Shown here piece after piece: positions 51,351-64,000 of a stretch of DNA of 64,000 nt. The position numbers and the translations under genes are program-made. Origin of the DNA: Rhodosorus marinus CCMP1338 (Eukaryota; Plantae; Rhodophyta); contig JAMWBK010000002.1 of NCBI GenBank assembly GCA_029953675.1, forward strand, positions 2,480,001 to 2,544,000, in the 5' to 3' direction. Each line of letters begins with the position of its first letter. The stretch's first letter is position 1. Under the pieces are notes generated by a model. That model saw only the letters and a list, made by a program, of their open reading frames with translations. It searched no databases and was not told where the DNA came from.

Positions 51351-52393
51351 GGCCTTGAGAATGAGCCCTCCTTCCCCCCCAGGCTATAGGCACATCTTTC
51401 TGAAAAGCCCTCGCGGAGCCAAAACACGGATCAACAAAGACTAGACAAACAGATCACGAGTCCACGAGAACAGTGACAACCACACAAATGCCCCTGACGA
51501 GGAGCTGATGAGGAAATGATCCTCCTTAGTACTCCTCGCACGTTGTGGACCTGACATAGCCTAACTGTTGGGCCATAGAAGATGAACAAGTTTCTGGTCA
51601 GGCTACTAGCACCAGAAGAGCTCTAGAATAGCTCTAAGGAACGGAGAACCCAAAGACACCAACTATAGTATGAGGTCTACTTGGTGAGCGATGCCTACTG
51701 AGCGGATCGAATGCCGGAGAGATAAACTTGGCAACCGGTGATCTTAGATCTGCTCTGGTTTACTTCGATCTTGGATTTTGAAAACCACTCTCCAACTCTT
51801 CGCCGTTGTCATTTCAGAAAAATGTATCCTCTTTCAGACTTTCTGTCCCCGATTTGGGTAGTATGTCTGGCATTTTGGAGACTGTTCTGTTCGAAACCCG
51901 GAAGGTAGGCTAGGCTACTATGGCCTATGAGCAAAGTTGAGTGCGGGTAAATGAGTAGATCCACTTGTGCGCTGAACAATCCTCGTAATCGGGCAGATTA
52001 AGACATAAGAGATGCTCTCATTCCTAGGTATCGAACGAGGAGGCCGTGGAAGCGATGTTGTTCGTTCCCTTGACCAAAAAGGCTGCGAACTTCCAATGAG
52101 TTCCTGGTCATCTGCGATGCTCAGGAGTCTATAACGCTGAGAGTCTCCTTAGACGACATTGCTTAAAGCAGATCCTCTCTCTCAATCGGCTTGAATCGAT
52201 CTGCCTCTAACTGTGAGCAACACGGTAGTGAGCGTGCACTACTGGAAGCAAACCAAAGAGTCAGGAAAAAATGAAAGTCATTATGCTTGCGTAGGCATAC
52301 AAGTAGTCAAACAATACAGTATTTGCTTGTCCACAAACAAAATTTCATTGGGGTGAGGCCATTGACTCAACCGAGCGGGAAGATTGCTCGCAG

Positions 52394-54186
52394 TTAGTCG
52401 CTATCTTCGAACTCCTCAATCGATTCAACTTCCGCTGTGTCCTTGTAAGCCTGCTGATCAATTTCATTGAGAACCTCCAAACTGGTAAATCTGTCCAGCA
52501 CCCTAGGTCTCCGTCGCAGTTCTTCAGGATGGTGTGATTGCAGCTGTCCGTACCCTCGGCCGTGGACATCCTCCCTAGACCTGTAGACGTTACGCTTCCC
52601 AGGTTATTTCACGAACTTTGGATATAAAGCAAAGCCAGCGACCGCACCAGTGAAATGCCGACAGGACATACCTTCCAGAGGAGAGTGCTAGGAACGAGCT
52701 CTTCGCTCGATGTTCGTTGTGAACGATGATGCTCCCCGCGGAAACACAGAATGCCAACTCGGACATCTCTGATAGCACTAATCTATCCGAGAACCACCTG
52801 TTGTCATGAAGTAGCCGAGGGCGAAAAGTTCAAGTCAGCGCTCTGGCTATGACATCTCCAGTTGAACTCCTTTTTTACAACCTTGAGAGGAGGTCCGCGT
52901 AGCTTAGTCCCTCTAGCGCCCGAGCGACGTCATTTGTGTCCCTGAAAAAGCTGTGCAGATTCTCGAAGAGGTAGGGCTGTATAAGCCTGCACTCGGATCC
53001 AAGTCGTTCGCTGATGCTTTCTGGTGGATCTTTTAGTATTCCTACAGTGTGAAATAAACGCGCAATACCACAACCAGGAGTGAACCTCGGGAAGGTATAT
53101 AAAACAACAGAGTCCTGGCAAAACGTTTGACTCACCATTCTCGAGTCGCTTCGCATGAAAGACCTTTCCCGCTGCGTGAGAGAAGGCTAGGTGTGAATCT
53201 CGACAAGGAAGAATTCGATCCGAAGACACAGAAACCGCTTGAAGAGCGTTGAGAGCGGCGCGCATATCTCCGGAAGCCTCTGCGACAAACTCTTCGAGCC
53301 TCTCCTTGGATAGATCCAGGTTTATTCTCGATGCAGCCAGTTTCAATGCGTTCTTCATCTTCTTGGTGGCAACTTCTCGCAAGGAAATGATAACTGCGTA
53401 CGGAGCTAGCTCTGCATCCACTTTTCGATCCTCGCCAGAAAACACAGCCTATGCAGGTACCACGGATTGAGATATCGTGCTTAAGGCAACTGTTGCTACA
53501 AATTTCTCTTATGCTGGCTCTGATACCCGACTCACAATCAGCGGCAAGTCAAAACTGGTTGCGATTCGGATCACTTCACGGATCATATCCTCCGCGAACG
53601 GCGATGGCAGATCGTCGAGGACAATGAAGCGTTTTCTTTTGGGCTCGAAAACACTAGGGTAGGATGCCTCGGATGCGAAATCTCTCAAGTCAGAAGCCGC
53701 GCTTCGAAGTACAGCTGGATATGTCCATTCCACCAGTTCAATTTTCAGTTCATTGGCTAAGCTGTGAAGAAGCGAGCTCTTTCCGCTTCCTTTGTTCCAT
53801 TGAAAATAGCATCGGGACATATTCGGATAAGTAGCGCGGACGCATCAGTGAAGGAGAACGAGACAAGGCAGCGGCAGGAGGTTTGGAAAGCTCATACCCG
53901 GAGGACCATGAAGAACAAGAACGTTCTTTTCCAAGGTTGCAGTGGTTCGACTTGACGATTTTTTCTTATCAAGCAACCACGCTTTCACCTCTTTGGCTTT
54001 GGCAGGACTTACAGCAAAGTCTGGTGAGCTCCGACCGAGCTTTAGTTTCACATGGATGGGTAAGGTCTCCAACCTAGACTCGTCCTGGTCTCCATCGTTC
54101 GAGCCGTTCGAGCCATGTTCACCATCAATTTCATCCTCTGCATGATTCGAAGCCCTTGTTCTCGCTCGTTTCCTAACTGGTCCATC
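52394..54186 (-). CDS. RAD17: Checkpoint clamp loader RAD17/Rad24 (multi-exon; first exon unresolved)
   Basis: 'AVSPAKAKEVKAWL', Walker A 'LHGPPG/SGKSS', 'IVLDDLP', 'GDMRAALNALQ', 'RDSHLAFSHAAGKVFHAKR' and acidic C-terminal tail 'IEEFEDSD*'. Confidence 0.85.
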
Positions 54187-55966
54187 CTGCGCTCAAGAGT
54201 GTACTGATCTTCGATGAATACGAACTCCTCTCAAAGCGTTTTTCTTGCGAGAGTCACCTAAAACCAAACTAAAAATTCCTGGATGGTTTCCGCCAACGAA
54301 CCTCAAAGTCAGAACCCGAACTTGCAAGTCCCTTCTTGATCATACCGTCTTCAACCGACCAAACTTCCGCGGCCAGGAGAACACAGTAAAGCTTGGCGCG
54401 TGACGCTCATCGCTACTCTTCGTTCGCCAAGTCTCCGCTCCTTTCGAGGCACGAAGTCTACAAAATTCATCTTGATCTCTCACCAGTCAAGATAATGAGA
54501 CTGTAGTCGATGCTCCAAGCATCAAGCTAGGCTCTCTAAGCACTAGTACAAGTTCTACAGTTTCATACAAAGCGCAAGAGCGTTGAAGAACGCTATATGA
54601 TCACCGCAGAAGTTGAATACAGATAGCTTGATGGAGGAGATGTTCTCGCCACTGCTGAAACCACGATTTGCGAAGATGACTCACTATGCGTCACAGATGT
54701 TGGGAGGCAATCATGTAAACCAAACAAGAGCGTGGTCATCATTGAAGCTTCGAACATGTTTGCCGGAGAACAAGGAGTGTCTCTGCAGAATTCAGAGAGA
54801 TTGCGCACCCAATCCCCTGCTAAAGACGGGGAGTCAAGTGCTGTTGGGTTTGTCTAGAGGAGGATGTCGACCTCCTCTCGGCTTAGGGACCAACACGGAG
54901 AATTCCGTGGTCAGGAGATATCAGCTCTGCGAAAATCTGGTGTGAACAAGAGCGAGGTTCCGGCAGAGTACAGATCCGTTGCCTTATGACCAAATCCTAT
55001 CAAGCTATCCACTTGGCAAGAGTCGGAATGGAGCGCTGATATCCTTTTTTAGAGAAATGAGCTCGACGCTGCAAGCGCACCGATGCAACTAGCTATGAAT
55101 ATGATTGCACCCAAACCAGTGGAAAGCTTGTTGCAAAGTAGCTAGTATGCCGGAGGTCAGTCGTCCTCCTGGTGCCGTTAGTTCATTCTCAAAACTCCCC
55201 ATTTGCGCATCTTCAGCAAGTGGCCTTCCAAGTATAGGAGGAGAGTCGATCAAGAGCTTCCAAGCTAGAGTTCAGAAGTCAGAAAAGTTTTTCGGACTTC
55301 GTGTTCAGGATCAGGCTGGAATGACTCCTCTGATGTACATGAGGACAACTCGGGGTTGATTGCTGACAGCCGAGCGTCGATCAACCACATTGGGTCGCTC
55401 GCATTCGTGTATGCCCACCTCATAGATCCTCTCGCTGCTGAAAGTGGCAATACTATAAACACCACTTATTTTACGTTCACTCCTCAAGTTAGCTGGAGAT
55501 GTGAATTTCGAAGTACTTGTCCGTGAACTATTATGTTTTGCAGGTTGTGAACTGCATCGATCCCGAGCTCGAGCTCGCATCATTTCCTTCGTGCTCAATC
55601 CCTACGCGGTTTTCTTGCGCCCAGGAAAAGATCGGGAAAAGGGCTTATTTCGATGCTACCTGATATGTGTTAGCTTGATTGTCGTGGGCTCGTTGCGTCA
55701 AGGTATTTGCAGGTGAACGTCCGTGAGCATGCTTCCGCGCATTCTTCATGCGAGGCTGTCCTGATCCCGTCCCGTCGTGATCTTCTTGCTTACGAGCTGC
55801 TGAAGAAACTATTAAGACAAACTATTCCAAGCGAGATATCGCTTCTCATATGAAAGCGTTCGCAGTCGAGAAAGCCAAGCTATGAGTTCTCCTGTGTACA
55901 CGTTTCCGGTGGAGAAGCATCTTTTAGGAGCTTGGTTTCGTGCCTCTCTTGTGGATGAGTTTGTTA

Positions 55967-56858
55967 TCAGTACCGTGACTGGGACGGGCACAGAGCAATA
56001 CTTTGACTGTTTCTCGACCTTTCAGTCCTCCTCGACAAGGATACGGCCTTCATCGCTTCGTACATTGACAACGCGACAAAATTTGAACATAGACACTTCG
56101 CGACTGCCCACGGAAGTCCCGTACTAAACTTGCTCATCTGAGTAGCTGCTGCGACTGTCTGCCCTGCCTGCACTCTGGTTTTAAATGTGTCGACAGGGTA
56201 GGTCGCAAGCATTGCTGAAAGGGCCGCAGCAGACCTACGCAAAGGTGATTCGCTGGTTAAATTCCGCATTGACAACGAATCGCTAGCTCACAGGATGCCT
56301 TACCCAGCAATGCCCGGGTGCGCGAAGCACTTCACAAACTCATAGACTCCGAAGAATATCATGCCTGAAACAGATTCTTTCAGAGTGACCCAGGGGAGCC
56401 CACGAAACGAATTCACAGCTTTCGGAACTTTGTTCAGTTGAAGCTGCAGACGAAGGTAGTCCATAGGGGTCGTAAGTACCGCCTGAGGAAATCCAGCGAC
56501 AAACCCAACCAGGAAGGGATTCGCAGCAGCAGCAACAAAGCCCAGGGAGCCCATTACAGACTCAGTGACAGATCGCAGGAAAAAATGCAGAGAATGCTCA
56601 AAACCGTTCCTCGCTAGTGGGACACCAATCCCACGGTACAGGCCAGGCAACGACCCGGGCGGTTTGAGGTTGTTCTGAACATGGACCTATACAGAAAATA
56701 ACGCAGGGCATCAGAATGAAAGGACACAGACTGAGAGCACCTATCAAACTCCCCCTCTCACTCACCTTCACGGTGTCCAGTGGGTGCGAAACGAACGTCT
56801 TCGCAAACCCAGCCATCGCTCCCGAAGTAGCGATAGCCGCCAGATCCTCCAAATTCAT
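55967..56858 (-). CDS. Mitochondrial carrier (SLC25) family protein (3 exons)
   Basis: Three PX[DE]XX[KR] signatures (PLDTVK, PMDYLR, PVDTFK) and 'GLYRG' / 'FRGL' motifs. Confidence 0.87.
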
Positions 56859-57731
56859 TTTATTTTTGACTCCGAGGACAGCTTTCCCAGAAACAAAACA
56901 ACACCACCGGAAACCAAAAGAGGTTTCAATCCTCAAAGACCCACAGATATCTGCTAAAAGATCCTAATACACAAACTTAAAGTCTTAAACCCTCCCACGT
57001 CGACCTCACTCCCCTGACTAGCTCCAGACCTTCTCCCCTCTCCCGCTCTTCCAACAACTCAATACTAGGAAGTGATCAAAAACTCCTCCCAAGAAAAAAA
57101 AGAAGGATTGATCTCGAATATCAATAAAACTTTGCCGTACCGATGCTGATCACCAGATACTGTCCTGCCATCCAATAAAATATTAAAAAGATTCCTTTAT
57201 AATATATAATATTTCAACAGTATCTAAAAATAAATTTCAAATAATCAAGTCATATATTCATGGATCAGACACACGTTAAAACTAGATTGGTTAAATGTGT
57301 GATTCTACTTACTGATGATTGGATAGTTTCTTAAAAATATCTGCTTTTTTACCGTAGCTTTTTCGCTGTTCCTTTCTGTTGTGCGTTCTTGGCCGTTGTT
57401 TCGGGAAAAGCTTTATATTTGTTCGTTTTTATTGGATTTGTTGTCCCGTCTTGGAGGGTCGGGAGCGTCGCTGTCCCAATTTATTTTGTTGGTCTTTTGT
57501 CCCATCGGTTTTGGATATCTGCGATTAGCGGACGTTGAGAGGAACACTTGGAAGGAGAGCGAGGGGGCTTCTTCAAACACATTTGAGGAGCGAGGGGGGG
57601 GTTGGTAAGGAAATTCGAGCTACGCGTCTTGTGTTTTTGGATACTCGTGAAGGTGAGCGAATGGGATTACTGCTCTCTGTATTTTTGTCCAGTTGTTGTT
57701 TCGCATTTGTGGCAAGCTGTTGGAGAAACTG

Positions 57732-58481
57732 TTAGTTAACAAGATTCATGATCGACTCTAGGCATAAATCCATTGGGGATCTGGGCCCAAGCTTATGGTC
57801 CTGTTACTACCGAGAGACAATCATAAACCTTGTCCATCTCGGTGAATATTTCTCCGACACCTTGCCCTTTGACCCGCACCATCCGTAGACCGTACAATAG
57901 TCTAAGCCATGTTGTCTTGTATACAAGCGTTTTCGAGACCCGTCCATATCACGGATGGGACTCCTTAGATCCAAGAGAGCACACTGACGACTATAGTATC
58001 AATCACTATCGTCTTTAGCGTGTTCTCTTGGATCGTCACAGTCATCTCCTGCAATCCTCCTGGCGTCTTAACCCCAAAGTAAGCGTCGACGGTAGGCAGC
58101 CGTCCCCCAATGTAAAGCCACAGGGCGGTTGTTGGCAAGAGCGCCGAGCGTCAATAAGACGGTGTCATCATTGAAGGCAAGTGAATGTGTGAAGTTTTGC
58201 ACCGCCGATCACCAAAGAAACCATGATCGGCTCTATATTCACGCTACGGGGCACAGATGCTGCACTTTCGCTTTCCACATCATACCACACCAGCAGACAC
58301 AGCTACAATCATCGTCCTGCTTCGCCAGGATTTTGCCCACCGTGGATTTGAACGCAAAACATTTCTATCTTCAATTCGATAACCTCATCACCACAATATC
58401 CTTAAACGCAAAACATACCGGCGACCTCATCTTCGGTAAAAAGGAATGCACGTGTCTTCGATTCAAAGCAATAAAAGCCAT
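57732..58481 (-). CDS. Possible plastid-targeted hypothetical protein
   Basis: ATG 58481 'MAFIALNRRHVHSFLPKMRSP' ending at a GTATGT donor; downstream open stretches bounded by splice-like sites. No homology recognised. Confidence 0.3.
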
Positions 58482-58933
58482 GGATGCATAGTATCAACGC
58501 TGGATTCCCACCGCTGAGAAAAAATGCCTTCATTCTGCTATGCTGCTGGAATTTAGGCCACCCCACACCCGCCCCCTGAATCCAAGATAAGACAAGTGAA
58601 TTTATCAGAGACTAACTACCCTGAGAGCACCACGCCATCCAAGACGCCGCGGTGTAGTGCACTCTGGGTAGTGAGCCTCTGATAAGCCCACTTGCCTTGT
58701 CCCTTCTTGTTACCGGTACCTTCATCGTCCTGTTTTCGCAGGAATGTGGCGCACATCACCATCCGATCTGAGGACAAAGTCCCTACTCATCAATCCGACG
58801 TCCTTGCCGCCGCGTATGTACAATTACCTTCAAATTCCCGTTTTCACAGGAATTTAGGACACCAGTGGATCTAAACACAAAACTCCCAAACCACCCGCCC
58901 GACGTCTTCACACAAAGATACAGGTGACCAAAA

Positions 58934-59194
58934 AACACGAACCCCCTATCATCAAGTCCGAACCGTCCCTATCACCACGCAGGTACATGCTACCTTCACC
59001 TTCCTGATTCAAAGGAAAACTCAGTAAAAGCCCTCTCCATCGATCAAAACCTATACTGCAAAAAAGCCCGAACACGAACCCCCTATCATCCAGTCCGAAC
59101 CGTCCCTATCACCACGCAGGTACATGCTACCTTCATCTTCCTGATTCAAAGGAAAACTCAGTATCCACCCTCTCCATCGATCTAAACCTATACT
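58934..59194. repeat. 124-bp direct repeat, two copies (58934-59057, 59071-59194), about 7 mismatches
   Basis: AACACGAACCCCCTATCATC...CTATACT is duplicated with a 137-bp period. Confidence 0.93.
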
Positions 59195-59493
59195 CCTAAA
59201 GGATCTCATCAATCTCCATCAACGCCCTTATCAACCACGAATTCCATCGTTTGCCAAATCAATCTTTTACCTCCACATCGGGGAGATATTATTATGTATT
59301 TATGAAATATTTAAACCGATTTTGATCGGTGCCGGAGGATATTGGATTTGCTGGCAATAGGAAATCAATGGATGATTGGGGAGGATGGTGCATTTGACAT
59401 CAGATACCTCATTGATAAGGTTTTGGGTGATATAGGCGATTGATAAGAAAAGGGGGGATGTTTTTGCTTTCATAAGGAGGGTAGGTTGAGTGA

Positions 59494-59514
59494 ATATATA
59501 TATATATATATATA
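59494..59514. repeat. (AT)n microsatellite upstream of LAP
   Basis: Directly visible AT dinucleotide run. Confidence 0.9.
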
Positions 59515-59700
59515 GGTGTTTCGAGGTGTTGGATGATTAAGCTGACTGATCCTATACTTTGAATTAAGGAGGAGGAGGGATTTGGTTTTGTGTTTGTCAG
59601 GGCCGGGGGGGTGCCGCGGGGGGAGTATTTGCAGTGCTGTTTTTAGAACATTATTGGAAAGGGGCTGAGGGGTTTGGGGGAGGAGGAGACGAAATTAACC

Positions 59701-62260
<2,560 letters not shown>

Positions 62261-62615
62261 ACACTAGTTAGATAGGTATCCATGAGGACTCTTCTGGTTG
62301 CATGTTCTTAAGGTGTTCGTGGAAGGGCCATCACAACCGAGCGAATCTCTCGTACATATGCCGCCTGACCTTTACGAGCAGTTGGTGGCTTCTATAGCTG
62401 TTGCATCGAGAGCAATGGGAGGTCTTTGCTTAGCCGCAAATTTTAGTTCTACGAAGGCAATCTAATCCTCTCATATCACGACCTAATCCGAAATAGTTAA
62501 GCTGCCTACTTCGCGGCAGAATTAGTATAGAACCTAGAAAAAGAAATGATCTTGAGCCTAAATCTTTGTCGGGAAGGACAAACAATATTATACAAGTTTG
62601 CAGCCAAGCTTTGAA

Positions 62616-64000
62616 CTAGCAAAACGTCCAGTCTAGTTCCACATTATCGCCGCCACCACCTAGCTCGAACAGAGTTCGATCGTACGGTTCAATAGAATGG
62701 AAATACTTCATCTGGTCTCGCAGAGTTGTTGGCAACTCCGGAAGAAACCTCTTGGGGAGAAGCAGAGTTGACATGTTCGAGATATCGCTAAATATTCTGT
62801 GGCGATCAACGGTTTCTTTCAAGTAACGATGTCCCAACGAGCCACCCGTGCCGATCTTTTGACCAATCATGCGATGTACCATCTGCGTGTGCCTGTGCCT
62901 CCACTGGTTTAGGCAGTCATCAACGTCAACCAGGACCTGGAAGAGCCGCGCAGGGAGTTGCAACCTATACATGGCCGTGGGTGAAACATCGTTCAGCAAC
63001 GGGTTCCCACGTAAACCTCAATAGCATTTCAAAAAAGACAAATGAGCATGTCAGGAAGTACGTACATTGGTTGATCTTCATAAAGCATGATCATCAAGCA
63101 CGCATTGGTTGCCCGGAACCCAAGACGCCTGGCGCCAAGCTCCTTTTGTTTCTTATGTACGTCCTTGTCCCATACGCTCTCGTAGATTTCCATCGTAGAG
63201 GCAAGATCCTTCATAGCTGCTTCTCTTTCCTCCCCTTCCAACATTCGATTGAGAGCACAGCTATCAAGATTATGCATCTTCTCAACGGCTTCCTTGTAGT
63301 GAGAAGCAAACCGGTAGCCCCGGAACTCAATGAAAGGCATATTTCGCAACCACCTCTCCACGTAGTCAAACAAAGATGGTTCAGATAGTGCCTGATCATA
63401 AGCAATGAACAAAGACAAAACGTTAGCCTAAAATATGGACAGCGTTGGTGGATCGTTGAGCATATTACCTTCTCGACCTTCTTCTTATCCTCCTCCTTCA
63501 GCTTGTTCATGAAATCCTGGTTCACCCGTTTTTCAAGCTTGAGCCCCAACTTGGTTTCCAAGAGCCGAAATTGCACGCTTTGGAATCCACTCGCAGGGAA
63601 AAGGTAGTCTCTAAAATTCAAAAACTCTTGTGCTGTCATTGTCTCTAGCACACGGATTTGCTCGACGAGGATTTTCTGAATTTCCTTCACTCTGTTCAGT
63701 CGGTGCAGGGCAGTGCTGATTTGCTTCTCCCCTAAATACAACCACATGAACATCAAATGAGATTTCAGACACCAAGGCTAACGATACAAACATGACCTCC
63801 TCAATCGGGCGGCCCTACCTAGACGAAGACATTCGAAGATGTCTCTGACTGAGTCGATCTCGAATATGAGCTGCTTAAACCATAGCTCATACGTCTGATG
63901 TATAGTAATAAACAACAACTCGTCATGGCACAAATCCTTTGCTTTCCACGAGAGGGGCTCCTGCGCGTTCAAGATCTACGTTTCAAACACGCGAGAAAAA
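62616..64000 (-). CDS. TDO2: Tryptophan 2,3-dioxygenase, animal-type long form; 5' end outside the window
   Basis: 'HDELLFITIHQTYELWFKQ', 'LETMTAQEFLNFRDYLFPASGFQSVQFR', 'SLFDYVERWL', 'QWRHRHTQMVHRMIGQKIGTGGSLGHRYLK'. The window ends inside an intron (last exon start about 63975). Confidence 0.94.

Overview
Gene-dense eukaryotic nuclear DNA with many short GT-AG introns (mostly about 55-130 nt). It is most likely from a unicellular red alga (inference). The evidence is several nucleus-encoded plastid proteins whose transit peptides have an early Phe and no signal peptide (RPL15, Trx, LAP, NudC, ABHD-like), plus an animal-type tryptophan 2,3-dioxygenase. Recognisable genes, in order: COG2, Maf-like, U1-70K, RPB7, plastid RPL15, ERCC8/CSA-like WD40, KIN17, a nucleoplasmin-like acidic protein, a PLD6/Zucchini-like protein, a GT2-sulfotransferase fusion, RAB5IF/OPTI, SMC3, CDK1/CDKA, an ABHD10-like hydrolase, NUP42-like, PTAR1-like, tRNA-Leu(AAG), plastid thioredoxin, PI31, an unknown secreted protein, NudC, a GT-A glycosyltransferase, RAD17, an SLC25 carrier, M17 leucine aminopeptidase, and TDO (5'-truncated by the window end). 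I found no transposase, CRISPR array or rRNA. The best novelty candidates are an adjacent, convergent, intronless pair at 18.3-22.8 kb: a 953-aa type II membrane glycosyltransferase-sulfotransferase fusion (candidate sulfated-polysaccharide synthase) and a Zucchini-like HKD enzyme with an orphan N-terminal domain. Exon boundaries were inferred by eye; CDS coordinates span first to last coding base, including introns.
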